A DNA stretch of 64,000 bases from Geosiphon pyriformis uo1 (lineage: Eukaryota > Fungi > Glomeromycota), in assembly GCA_016748015.1 (NCBI GenBank), contig JAAOMT010000439.1, positions 641,527 to 705,526 of the forward strand. The letters run 5' to 3'. Below the pieces are notes generated by a model that saw only the letters and a program-made list of their open reading frames with translations, was not told the origin of the DNA and ran no database searches. The position numbers and the translations under genes were made by a program. This document shows, in pieces, positions 37,416-50,300 of this stretch; the first letter of the stretch is position 1; every line of letters starts with the position of its first letter.

Positions 37416-40400
37416 ATGGTTATAGAGTACATAATGGGTTAAATCAAGGGAAGATTTTTTTCCTACTGCTTTAAAGAATATTTTATGATCCACTTTTGTG
37501 TAAAGTGAAAAGGCATGAGCAATTATGTAGATATAGAATTGATTCTAGGTTTGTAGCAAAGTCTGGCAGGATTGAGACAAGTGGAGAAAAAACTTTTTTT
37601 TTGGCTGCAAGTGCTTTTGTTGATGATACAATTTGGGTTGAAAGTAGTCAAGCATCTATGCAGTATATTTTGAATATTGCAAGTGAATTTTTTGTGATCA
37701 ATGACATCTCAATTAATAATGATAAGATGGTAATGATTTCTATCAATTAAGGAGTTAAGGATGCTTTGCTATTAATTAATGGAGTGCCAATTTCAATTGC
37801 TAGAAAAGATGAGTTACACTAATACTTGGATATTTTCCTGTCAACTGAGGGTCTCTCTAAGCCCAGTTTGGCTCAAGCTCATAAGGATGTCAAGTTTTTT
37901 TCTAATATAGTGTTAAGAAAAGCTATTACAGACAAACAATTCTGTTATTTGGTTTCGGCAGTTTTGCAGCCTATTGTTAGTTATCGTGTACAATTCAGTT
38001 TTGTTACTTTAGATGTGTTTTGTAAATGGAATATCATAATTAAAAAAGATCTTAAAGCTAAAGCTGGTTTACCACGTAACTTCCCCAGTAAGATCTTGTA
38101 CCACCCTTCTTTATATGGATTGAAGCCTTTTGAGCAAGTGCAATTTGAAAGAAAACTGGCATTACTGATTTTGTTTTCTAATGGCTGTGGTATTCTTAGA
38201 CATTTATTTAATCATAGATTTTTGGATTTACAAGTTTTGGGATGGTCTCTTTTGAATCTTTTGCAATTTTCTGTTAAGTTGCATATTAGTTCTATTAACA
38301 ATTTTTTGGCAGAGATGGTGAAGATCTTTTTGGAAAATAAATTATCCTTATTGAACAATTTACCTTGTGCCTTTCATGGGTCTAACAATTTTCCAATGTT
38401 TGGCATTCTGGGTCAGTCTTTGTATTACAAATCCGTTTTTTCATTGAAGCATTTTGGTGTTGCTTTTGGTGACAGAATTCTTAACAAAAAAGAAAAAATG
38501 ATGGACTGGAAAACATTTTGGCATTGGAAGCAATTAAACCCAAGAGGCTCTGTGCCTTACTGGTTTTCTTTGACATTTGATTTTATATTTTTTTGGGAGT
38601 TAGAGCTGCTATTGCTACTGAGGAGGATGTGTTAAGTGTTTTGGATTCTGATAGGTTCTCTGAAGTTTGTGATAGTCTGCTGGAGGTGTAGTCTGATTGT
38701 ATTAAGGTGTATACAGATGGGTCCTTAAGATGTGCTGGTTCTGTTGGGGTGGTGGGTGGAACAGCTGCATACTTGCTGGCTGCAAATGTGGGCATTGGGG
38801 TTAAGATTACTGGACTTTTGTCCTCTACTTTAGCTAAACTGCAAACTGTGGTGTTGGTCTTGGAGTATGTTCCATCCTCTTGCTCAGTGGTTTTATACTT
38901 GAATAGTCAATCTGCAATTGATGCCTGCATTTCTGAGACTTCTTCAACTACACCTGACTTCCATAACCAATGTTGGATTGAAAGATTACAAATTGTTAAT
39001 CTCCTTAAAAACAAGAATATTTCAATTAAGTGGGTGAAGGTTAAAAAACATTCAGATGTGTTGGGCAATATAAAAGCTGACATACTGGCTAATGAGGCTA
39101 CTTTCTTGTCTTTTTTTTTGCTAGTTAATATCTGAGAGAGGTTTCTAGTTGCTGAAAAAACTGCCATATCTGGCAATGTTTGTCATTTTGCTCGGGACTT
39201 ATATCAGTCAATATGCTGTGCCCATTGGGAGGCTGGTCTAGGTTTTGGTATAGTTCCAAATGTTATGATTAAAGAAATAGATTGGGATGCTACTGAGATG
39301 GTTTGGCATCTTAATTTACATTTGCTTTCTGGGTTTACCAGTAGGAAGTCAACTAATTTACACATGTATTTAATGAAGGCTATATATAGGCAGCTGCCAG
39401 TTGCAGTTAGAAAAAGGTTGTATAACAGAAGCTATCCTGGTGTTTTGTGTTTGCTGTATGGCGAGGTAGAGTTCTCTGATCATGTTTTTACTTGTTCTGG
39501 TGACTTTGGTCTCTGTGGGGACATTTTGGTTAAAGCTGCTAAAAAATAGATGTCAATGTCTAGTCTTACAAGTTTATTTCCGTCTGCTATTTTGCTCTTG
39601 CTCTCATTATGTTCTTCAGATGTGAGTCTTTATACAACAGTGTATAAGAGTTTTGTAATAAAAGATTGGTATGCCAAAGCTGTTTCAGTTTTTGAGAAAA
39701 GAAAGAAAGCTACTCAGACTCTAGTGAAATTCATCAGATTTGTGATGAAGTTGCAGTACACTCGAATATGGACTATTAGGACCAAGCATAGAGTGAAGAT
39801 AGAAAAGACTGGCTTGGTTGAGGATAATAATGTGGTTTCTGGCTTGTTCAGCAATGTAGTTTTTACGTTGTCGGCTGGTGTTGTCTGTATGCTTGGTGTT
39901 ATAGAATCTTTTACTGTTAAGTTTGGTAGGCACAAATTGTGTCGTTTTTTCTCTGATTTAAGTGGTAATGTTTTTATTGTCATAAGTGTATAGTGTTGTT
40001 TTGTCTGGCCCAAGTGGCTGGCCACATGTAGTCTGTGTATAAACTGCATTTAGTTGGTTTTACTTAGTTTGGTTCTATGTATTAGATAGTGGTTGGGCTT
40101 TACTCGTAAAACTTGTAATAAAAAAAAATATTTTGCTTAGGTGCTTTAACAATAAAAAAACTTTTTTTGTTAAAATTTTATTAATTACTATAAAAAAAGT
40201 AATATTTAAAACTTTTTTATTTTTTGCTTTAGTTATAATTATAAAATTAGAAAAAAAAGAATTTTTTATAATTTTAATAATAGTATATAATATATAATAT
40301 AATTTTAGTTAGTCTAAATAATTAATTATATATAAAAAAAACATAAATTATATTTATTTTAAAGTTTTTTAAACTATATTATAATAAATAATAATCAAAT

Positions 40401-41507
40401 TATATTTGTCAAATAAATAAATAAAAAATATAATTATATTTTTAATATTTTTAATAAAAACATGAAATTAATATACATATTTATATATTAATAAATAATA
40501 TTTTTATTATTATAAATATAACTTAATTACTATTTAGTATATTAAAACAAATTAAATGTTTTTAACTAAATATAACTTATATATATATTATATATAATCA
40601 TTTATTTAAGTTAATTAAGACTATATTATATATTTATTTATATTATTATTATTCAAATTTAAGAAAAATAAACAAGCATAAATCATACAACTTATAAAAA
40701 ATTAATTCATTATCTAAAACTAAATTATATTTTTTTATAGTTATTTTATATTTAAATATGTATAATCAAATTCTATTATAGTAATATATTATTAATTACT
40801 TTATAAAACATAATAAATAATATTAATTAAAATTAATTTGTTAAAAAATTTAATTTTTATAAAATTATAAATTATTAAATATTATTAAAAAAAAATAACA
40901 AAAAACCAAAAATTTATTAATATTTAATTTAAAATATATTACTTTAAGAATAAATAAACTTAATTTTTAATTTTTGTAAAGTATTTTATAATAATTTAAA
41001 TTAAAAAAATTACAAATAAGTATAAAAAACTCAAAAATATTATTGCTTATAAAATTACATAAATCTTAATAAATATTATATTTTTTGGTCATTTTATTTA
41101 ATTATATTTTATTTAAGAGTTTTATTTTTTGCTTATATTATATATTTTAAATAATTAAAACATTTATATTAATTTTGTATTTTTTATAGTATTTCATATT
41201 TGTTTCAATTATATTAAAAGTATTATTAATTTAAATCAAAAATAAATAAATTTATCTAAAATAAATGGTTTATTTTTATTTTGATATTGTCCATCTACAT
41301 ATATTTTTAACTATTTTTTACCTATAATTTTTTTTTTAATTAAATTAATAATTATAACTAACAATTAATACTGTTAATATTTAGTTATAAATGTAGAAAT
41401 TTAATTATATTAATGTTTTTTATCCAAGACCCAAAATGTAAATGACCCTATTTAAAATTAAATTTAGAATTGTTAAATCTGAATTTCTTAAGCTTTCACG
41501 TAGAACA

Positions 41508-44475
41508 ATGAGTGGTAAAAATTCTAATTTCCAAAGAACCAGAACATCCATAAAACCTAACATACAAAAGTGCGCCTTTTGCTCTTCTACAAAGTGGGCA
41601 AGTGACGGAGCGGGAGGTTATGTATGTGAATTTGGACATAGAAACGAGGTATCAAGGCTTTTGTTAATAGAGTAATTTAAATTTTTCTCGGCTTCAAATA
41701 TTATTTTGATTTATGTTAAGTTAATAATTAGTGTCAATCTAATTTATTGATTTTGTAAAATTAAACTCCATTTTCTCGCTGCACATCAAATTTGATCTAA
41801 TCTATCATCGATGTATTATCTATTTAGAGTGCAGAAGAATTTGCTGAGCTTCAAGATGAATCAAGGAAAAAACGCTCAAAAAAGAAAAGTGACGTTGAGC
41901 CTGAAAATCGACCACCCACTAAAAAGGAACTCAAAAAATGTATGTATGCTTGCCACAATTACTCGATATTATTTGGATTTTATCTATTGATTTTTATATT
42001 CATTTTTTTAGCCAAGGTTTATCATGGAGGCAAAGGATTGTACATTTATGTTGTGGCACTTCAATATATTCTACGTCGTCAAGTAAAAGTGATGGTCGAT
42101 GATATTAAGTGTCCTCAAGAACTTGAAGTCTGTTTCAATCGACGAAATATAGTGTTTAATTTAATTCTTAGCTTTCTTTCTACTTAATTTAATGACGAGA
42201 TTCCCTATTAAATTAATTAATAGCAAGTGGTCCGGCACCTCTGGATTTTATATATAAATAAGGCAAATCATCTTCCATTTCCAGAAATTTGGCTTGACGA
42301 TTCCGGCAAAATCAGGCCAGAAACAGAAGTAATTGGGGAAACAGATAATGTAGATGGTGAAGATGAGGAGGAAAATCTCGAGAGACTTCTATTAATTCCT
42401 GAGGATGAAACTTTTGAATTTGAACATCAAGATGAACATACAGAGAATGATGAATTTGGAGAAACCACAGCAGCCGGTGTAGATTCCTCGACAAAAATTA
42501 ATCCTAAAACAAAATTATCGCGGAATTCAAATATGATTTTACAAGGACTGAGGCTGAATCTGGTGTTGCTATACTTGGGATGTGTTTATTTAAGGCAACC
42601 CATCCTATTCATTGATATTTACCGGTGAGGAATTGAAAATTTTCACTTGAAGATTTTTTGTGACATTCTATGATTAAATCCGGTTACGATTCCTTGACAC
42701 TAATAAAGAATCAATTTGAATTTACTTTTTTAAAGATGGGCAAATAAAAACCGCATCCCATATTTCACCTCGAGGTCTCTGCTTCCAGACGATATAAAAC
42801 TACGTATTGGTCAATATCTTGAATACTTCAGCCCGATGGTATTTACAATCAAGTGATCTTTTTAAATTATACTTATTCCACCGCTTATCTAAACATGAGT
42901 TTTTACTATTTAGTTTCTTGGTTCATTGTGGAATTTTAGAATAATAACCAAAAGAATCTTGACCATGTATCAAGAAAAGTATAAAATCACATTTCCAGAG
43001 TTAAATGGGCCACTGATACTCTATCGTTTTGTAAGAGATTTATTTTTGCCAGGTGAGATTTATTTGTTTGTGTAAAATTTTACTAGAATCTATAAAATTC
43101 AAATCAATCAGGATGTATTTTTTTCATTTCTTTTGGGCAGTGGAGTTCTACGTGATTGCTAAAGAATTGGGTAACTTAATCAACCTTAAAATACGTATCC
43201 CAGCCATTGGTGACGCGGATCCTTTGCCTGAAAGTAAACTAATGGCATTGGTGATAATTGTTGCAAAAATGGTATATGGACTTGATGGTCGACCAAGGTA
43301 AAGAAATATGATCTTTTTGGAGATATGCTCGATTGCAAATATTTTGTGGTTTCTCCTCAAAAATTCTTTGATTATCTATATAACTTCAGAATCCCTATCG
43401 AAAGAGATCAATTCTCATGGTATTTTCCCACTTTAGATAAGTGGTTTGCGGCGCTTCAAGAGGGAGAGGCAAATAATTTTAAGAGGGAATTCCCGATTAA
43501 TATATAGTATGTTTCTTTAAATTTAAATTTACGTTCGTACATTCTTTTACCAAAAAATTTACTTTACGATTTACAAAGCTTAATTAATTTAATAGCGAGT
43601 GGCATGAATATTCAGAGACACATCCGGATGAGTATATCAAAATCGCTGCCAAGCATCTTCGAGACGACGAAAGATATATTCCAACAGATGAATGGGTTGT
43701 TAACCCCTCGGGTTTGAGTAACTATCGTTAATTTTTCCTGATTAACAATTATAAAAGTTTGCTTACAATGGTAAAGAAATCTTGAAATATTCATTTTCTT
43801 AATAAATTAGAGCGATCCAAAGAATTGTCTTCATTCTTTCGTAAAATGCAACTGGACGAAAAAAGGCCAAACGAATCACCTCAAAATCATAATCAATCAA
43901 GTTCATCCTTTGAAAATTTGGACAGAGAAAACTCAAAAACCTATAATCAGAGCAATGATGATGAATTTTCCACAATTCAAGAACAAATACGTAAACACCT
44001 ATTTGACATGGATCCTAATTATCTGACTAATAAATATCGGTCTATATGGGAACATAAGGATCAGTCTGAGACAAATAACGAACGCCCAACTAATCAACAA
44101 CCCTACAATACAGAAGATGATCTTATGTCGGAAAATGATCAAGGCAATTATCAACACAAAGGAAAATATCCAGATACTGCGAAAGTAGAAAATCAAAGCG
44201 GAAGAGCAACAGCGAATTCGCGGCCCCTAACAATAGGTCAAGAGTATAACTCGTATGACTATTCATATGTAAAAAGGAACACTAAGACTGATTGGGCCGA
44301 GAGTTATGAAGAAGTGATGGGCGAATACCAAGAGGATTATAAAAGATTGTTGATGTATGCGGCTGAAAAACTGGGAATTCATATTGTGGAGATGGGAAAT
44401 GCCGTGGTTAAAGTAGAGAAATTGATGTATATTCGAGGAAAGAAAACCGGGATTTTACCGTTAAAAGTTGGCTAG
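41508..44475 (+). CDS. RRN7: RNA polymerase I core factor subunit Rrn7/TAF1B-like, 10 exons
   Basis: GT-AG exons joined in frame: 41508-41648, 41828-41939, 42012-42127, 42224-42624, 42736-42838, 42914-43052, 43141-43297, 43390-43506, 43596-43717, 43811-44475. Zn ribbon CAFC...YVCEFGH; LQYILRRQ...ELEQVVRHLW; LYLGCVYLRQP...DIYRW...IPYF; PESKLMA...KMVYGLD. Confidence 0.85.
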
Positions 44476-45236
44476 ACTTTTATTTAAAGGAGTAAAATTG
44501 GGTAGAGTTGATTGATCCCATATGACCGTATTGACATTTTTTAATTAGTAAGTGCTGTTTTTTGATGTCCAATTTAAATTTTTCTCATTTATTTTTCAGA
44601 AATGAGGTTGGGGCTCCTGGCCATTCAAGTTTCGCATCTAAATTACATAATATCAAAAATGCGAAAAAGGTAGATATCTTTGAATAAAATAAGATTGAAG
44701 AAGCTACCATAAAAAAAAACCATTACATTTTTAAAAAAAAGAATTTACAATGATCCATCAGATCAATATTAAAATAAGTGATCCATAATTATAAATGCGC
44801 TATACGATATATAAGTGGAATGTTTGTAATTGATGAATTTTGATATGCTTGAAAATAGTTGTCCGTGCCCTATGAACACGAAGAATGAATCAGGCATAAT
44901 GGGCCTTGTGAAAAAAAGTTAAAGCCCTTCTAAAAGTTCGTTAAATTTATCTTAATATAAGGATTATTTCTTTGCCAATTTTATCTTAGTATCTTATATA
45001 CACGAGTAGTGCTTTTGAGCCCTGATGAATTTCGTCAAAAATTTTTTACTAAAAGCAGAAATCCAAGCGGGAAATTTTTTGAGTAATGCCAAATGTGGGT
45101 CCCTGGTAGTAGCTCAAGTGAGATTTGATTTAGTCATGTAACATTATTAAGACGAAACGAGTTCTGCAGAACTTGATTTCATTTGAATGGAAATTACGCA
45201 CCACATTTAAAGAAGTAAACTACCCACCACCTTTAC

Positions 45237-46742
45237 TCACGTCCTCTTCGTGTTGGAGGCTGAGCCAAAGGCCGAGATACTTTCTTTTGCGTTCTTTGAC
45301 GCTCTAGCATCTCTTCTCTCAAATCTTCTTGTCGTCCAATTCTAGCACTAAAGAAATGATGAATTATGGCGGATGTTGTAAAACAAAATAAGGCGTTGAA
45401 AAAGTATTAAGAAATTTTGCCTTTTTCTTTCTTCTTCTAGCACTTCGAGGCCTGAAACTTCCATGTCATCTTCATCCGAGAATTCATCTCGATACCTAAT
45501 AAAAATAGATAAATATTACAACTCTGAATTTAAAATCAGTGAATTGAAAAATAAACTATACCTTCTTCTATCATATCCAAAAACATCACGGAGGACAGAC
45601 TGGACGTCAGTAACATCATCATCCACGTATGAGGTTGCTGGCCGTTTCGTAGGGCGTTTTTCTGGGGATAAATTTCGATCGGATCGCTTTTTTGGAATTA
45701 TTATATCCCTTGACCGTGACCTTGGCTCTGAGCTAGTTGATGAAGATCCGGGCCAATTACGTTCTCTTACATCAAATTGAGCATTGGGTATCCCCTTAGG
45801 TTGTGCAATTGGCCGCTGCCCAGGTGCATGCTTAAGATTAGCAGCGGCAACCTTAGGTGTAGCAACTGAATTGGTTTTTTCGTTGGTATTGCTTTTACCC
45901 TTTTCAACAACTATTTTTGATTTCGAATTTGCAGCTTTTTCACTTTGAATCGATTTTAATTTTGATAGCGATGCTGTTTGTGTTGGAGTATTAGATCTGG
46001 GTTGAATCGATCGGGAAATATTCGAAGAAACGTTTGTAATTTTACTGGAGTTTGAAGTTTTACTTAGAGCGGATGCGGGGTCTTTCATTGGTTTTGCTAA
46101 TGGTCTTGCTAAAGGTCTCGCTAATGGCCGAGCTAACGTTCTTGTTGAAGTTGTTTCCGGAGAATTTAACTCTAATTTAAAAGCTTTTCTAGCCGAACTT
46201 CCCTCTGAATGTCTCCAAGGGCTATCTGTTGTAGTGATGCTCCTTGAACTGGGCAAATTGTCTTTCTTTGAGCTCTTAGGGTTCCCATTTAAAGTACTTT
46301 CTTTCTTTGGCCTATCTTTCGGAACACTCTCCCTTCCTAGAAGCCTATGATTTGCAACACTTTCTCGTACCATTGACTTACTATTTAAAATGCTCTCTCT
46401 TGCCAAAGGCCTGCCAATCTTTCTGCCAAGAACACTTGACGTGGAAATAGATCTTGAGTAGTCGCTGTATGAATCCTGCCTTAGATTACCATTTGTAGTT
46501 TTCAAAGAGCCTGCTGACATTGTCGTTCGTGAGTTAACAGTGGGTGACCTTTTCGCCGTGTCCTCTTTATAGGTTGAGCTGGAGCTAGTGCCATTTTTCG
46601 GTTTCATTTTATCCTTGTACCCATTAGATCGGTAAATAGGGCTTCCGGAGCGTATTGTGTTATTTTCTGTTCTAGTCCTGGGCCTTTCCAGCTTTTGCAT
46701 CGCCAACTTAGCCTTGTTTCTTTTCTCCTCTATAGTGCTCAT
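45237..46742 (-). CDS. SPT2: SPT2-like chromatin protein / histone H3-H4 chaperone, 3 exons
   Basis: Exons 46742-45562, 45495-45421, 45347-45237. Basic low-complexity body; C-terminus VFGYDRRRYRDEFSDEDDMEVSGLEVLEEERKSARIGRQED matches the SPT2 domain. Start codon not certain. Confidence 0.82.
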
Positions 46743-47399
46743 TGATATATTACGTACGATTCAAAAAAAAGAAAACTCCGAGTCACTCTATATTGGGGCA
46801 ATATTGAGGATCGCATCATGTTAATACATATTACTGATCACCATAATGTAATAGTTATTTCATAAAGAATTTACCTTTTTTTTTTAGCTTTAAGTATTGT
46901 TCTTAATAGTAACATAAATAATTTGTTTAAAATTTGCAATTAAAAATTGATCTATTGATTAAGAACGTGCAATTTAAAATTAAACCAAGTTTAATTTTTA
47001 ATTGATAAAATATATTAATTTATTAAAAATATTTATTTTTCAAAAAAATAATAAATGTTTAATTAATTATTATTACTATTATTCTTTTATTTTATTAATA
47101 TGTTATCACAAATTTAACCAATTTTTTTTTTAAATTATTAAATTAATGTTGCTTATTAAAAAAATATAAAAATTAAAACCATAATTTTTTATTTTAAAGA
47201 TTATATAATTTTAATTAATTATAAATTAAGAAAATTATAAGTAATATCAATTTATCTTGTTATTTTATATATATATAATAAATCAATCAATTTGTAAAAA
47301 GTTAAAATTTTGAATATATATTTTTTTTAATTGTATTTAATAATAAATAAAACAATAATATACTAAAACTTTTTTTTGTTAATCTTTTTATCATAATAA

Positions 47400-50300
47400 A
47401 AGCTAAAAAAAGCTGAAAAAATATTTTATATTCTTTTTTTTTACCTATTTTTTTCATGAATTATTTCTTTTAAAACATTTTTTTTGTAGCAATAAATTTA
47501 ACAGGCTTTTTTGTTGGTAGTTTAAATATTGACAAACTAAAATAAAAACTTGTTTAAATACCAAAAAAAAATACACATATGTATATTTATAAAATTATTA
47601 ATAAAAAAACCAAAAACGTGTTATTAAAACCATAATTGTTAACTTATCTGCTAGTTTGTTGACTATAAATATGTTAAAATCTGGTGCTTAAATTTTAAAA
47701 TAGTAAATTAGAAAGTAAAACAAGTAGTATTAATAATGTATTAAATATTAAAAAGTTAAAAAACACTATTATAAAAAAATTAGTTATATTAATTTAAATA
47801 TATTAAATAATTTTAAAATTATAAATAATATAACTCTATAAAAAATTTATACTTAATTGTATAATTTAAATAAATTTTAAAACAATTGTTTTTTAATAAT
47901 TTAAATAATAATAAAGCTTTAAAGCTTTTTTTCCAAGTTTAACAAGTTAAAACTACCAATTATAACTTTAAAAACAATAAAAAAAGTTTTTAATTTAGTT
48001 AAATTTTTTATTTTAAACATTAATATCTTTGCTATTATTAAAAAAAATTGGCATAAAAAGTTAAAACTTATTAAAAAACTTTTTTATTAAATTAATAATT
48101 TTGAAAAAATCTTTACTTTTTTAAAATTTTATGAAATTATTTATTAAATATTTACTTTCAAGTTTAAATCAAATTAAAAATTTGGTAATCAATAAAAAAA
48201 TTATTGTAAATACTAATTTAAAAAAAGTAAATATATAAATTAAATAATAATATTTAAAAAAATCTTAATTAATTTATTTAAGTTAGTTATAAAATTAATT
48301 TTTTTTAAATTAGTAAAATAGTATTAATTAAATTATAATTTATTGGTTTATAGTAAAAAATTATAATAAAATTTGAAAATATTAATATTATCAAATTAGT
48401 TATTTTTAAGTAATTAGTTTTCATAAAAAAATTTAGTTTATATAACTAAAATTAATATTAATAAACAAACATAAAAATTAAGAAACAATTACTAAATAAT
48501 GTTTTTTATTTTATTAATAATTTTTTTAGATTTTTTAGATTTTTTATAATAAAAATCATATATTATTATTTATAATTAAATTATATATACTTATATAAAA
48601 TATGTAACTATTTTAAAATTAAAAAAGCCAAAAACAAAATATTATAATTTTAATTTTCAAAAATATAAAATTATGTTAAATTAGTTTGTTTATATTATTG
48701 TATATTATTTGTAAATAAATTAATTACTTTTTTTTATGTATTTTTAATAAAAATATTATAAAATTATTAATAGACTTAATAAACAATAATTATATATATA
48801 TATTAAAAATAAGTTTTTATTTTTTATTTTGTTTTTTTAATAATAAAACCTAGATATAAGTTGTTAATAATTTTTTATTTAAGTTTTTATTAAATATTTT
48901 TTTAATAATAGTTTTTTTTAAAAGCCAATTTTTTTATTAATATTAAAAATTATTAAATTAAAATTTGTTAATTTAAAATATAGTCTTATTAATCTTATAA
49001 AACAAATAAATAAGTTAATAAAAAGATTAAATACATTTATATTAGTGGTTTTTTAACTTTATTTTAAATATAAATTATTAATAACTTTTCTATTATAATA
49101 AAAAATAATTTAAATACAATTATTTACAATAGATTTGTTATTATTCAAGATTTTTTGTAATTTAAAAAGCTAAAAACTGGTATTAAAAAACTATTAAACC
49201 TAGTTATAAGTATTTTAACAAGATTAAATAATATTAATATATTTTAAGTTTTAATAATATTCTGTTTTAATAATTAATTATAAAAAATATTCTAATTTAA
49301 ATTTATATAACTTATTTATTAATTGTTTGTGTTTTTAACAAATAAAATTTTGATATAAACAGCTTAAATATAATAAAAATAAACAATTATCTAAGTTTAT
49401 AATTTGAAAAAATTGGTGTTTAAAATTTTTAAAGAATTAAAAATAAGCTTTAATTTTAAATTTAAATAGTATTTAATTATTTGTTAATAAAATTAAAACT
49501 TCTAATATTTAGAATATATTTATTAATAATTTAAGTATTATAAACATTAATTTTGTTTTATATTATATTAAAAAGAGTTATAAAATTTCTAAGTATTATA
49601 AGTTATATATAGCTAAATTTTTTTAAATAAAAACAACTATTAATAAATATATAAATAATTTAATTATTAACAAGAGTCATGTTTAAGTTTTATTTATAAA
49701 AATAAATATTAAATAAAAATTAAATAATTAAGAACATTTTAAAAAGTTTTTTTTAAAAGATAATTTTAGATTATTAATTATTAATTCTGGAACTGATTAA
49801 AGTTAAATTTAAATAAATAAAATTATAAAAAGTTAAACCAAAAAAAAAATTATATTAAAAACTGTTTTTAACAATTTTTTTTTGGTCTATATAAATAATA
49901 TATTTAATAATATTATAAATTTAATAAAAAAATTTGTTTTTGTGTTTTAAAAAAAATTTGGATGTTAATAATTCTTAAACTTTATAAATAAAAGATATTT
50001 TAATTAATATTTATTTAATTGCTTTAATTAAAACAGCAAAAAAAAATTGATTTTTTTTTAAATTGTATTTTAACTACTTATAGCAAATTTAATGTTTTTG
50101 ATACAAACAATTTCTTAGTTTTAAAAAACAATTTTATTTAGTTTTTTGTTTTTACTGTAAATTTTATTATAAAAAATATTTTAAAAAAAATTATGAATTG
50201 TAATTAATTTTATAAAATATATATAAAACCTATAATTTAATAAATTAATTTTATTTAAAAAATAGTTTTATTACATTTTTAAAAACATTTATAATAATAA

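Larger units (their letters stand above)
25370..39993 (+). pseudogene. LINE copy 3 ORF2, split inside the RT domain by Gypsy B
   Basis: APE (CNVRG, ETK), RT resuming after 37415 (SDGYRV, AFVDD), RNase H YTDGS, stop at 39991-39993. Confidence 0.9.
22376..40124 (+). mobile_element. Full-length LINE copy 3, interrupted by a solo LTR and by Gypsy B
   Basis: TSD AAAATATTTTG at 22365-22375 and 40125-40135; 5' end resembles copy 2 (GAAA..AAAAAC-TT-TTTCTCTCTT); poly-A at 40120-40128. Confidence 0.92.

Noticed and set aside
5777-40124. Head-to-tail LINEs as a telomeric HeT-A/TART-like array
   Set aside because: Each LINE has its own TSD, there are no telomeric repeats, and host genes lie adjacent; independent insertions explain it.
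41442-41507. Upstream ATG as the RRN7 start
   Set aside because: The extension is AT-rich and unconvincing; ATG 41508 has a better context (ACAATG) ahead of the Zn ribbon.
46089-46136. LARP x3 / LAKP 12-bp coding repeat in SPT2
   Set aside because: Ordinary slippage repeat in a disordered region; no evidence of function.
45237-46742. SPT2 (Suppressor of Ty) next to Ty3-like elements as a functional link
   Set aside because: Proximity is expected by chance in such a TE-rich region.
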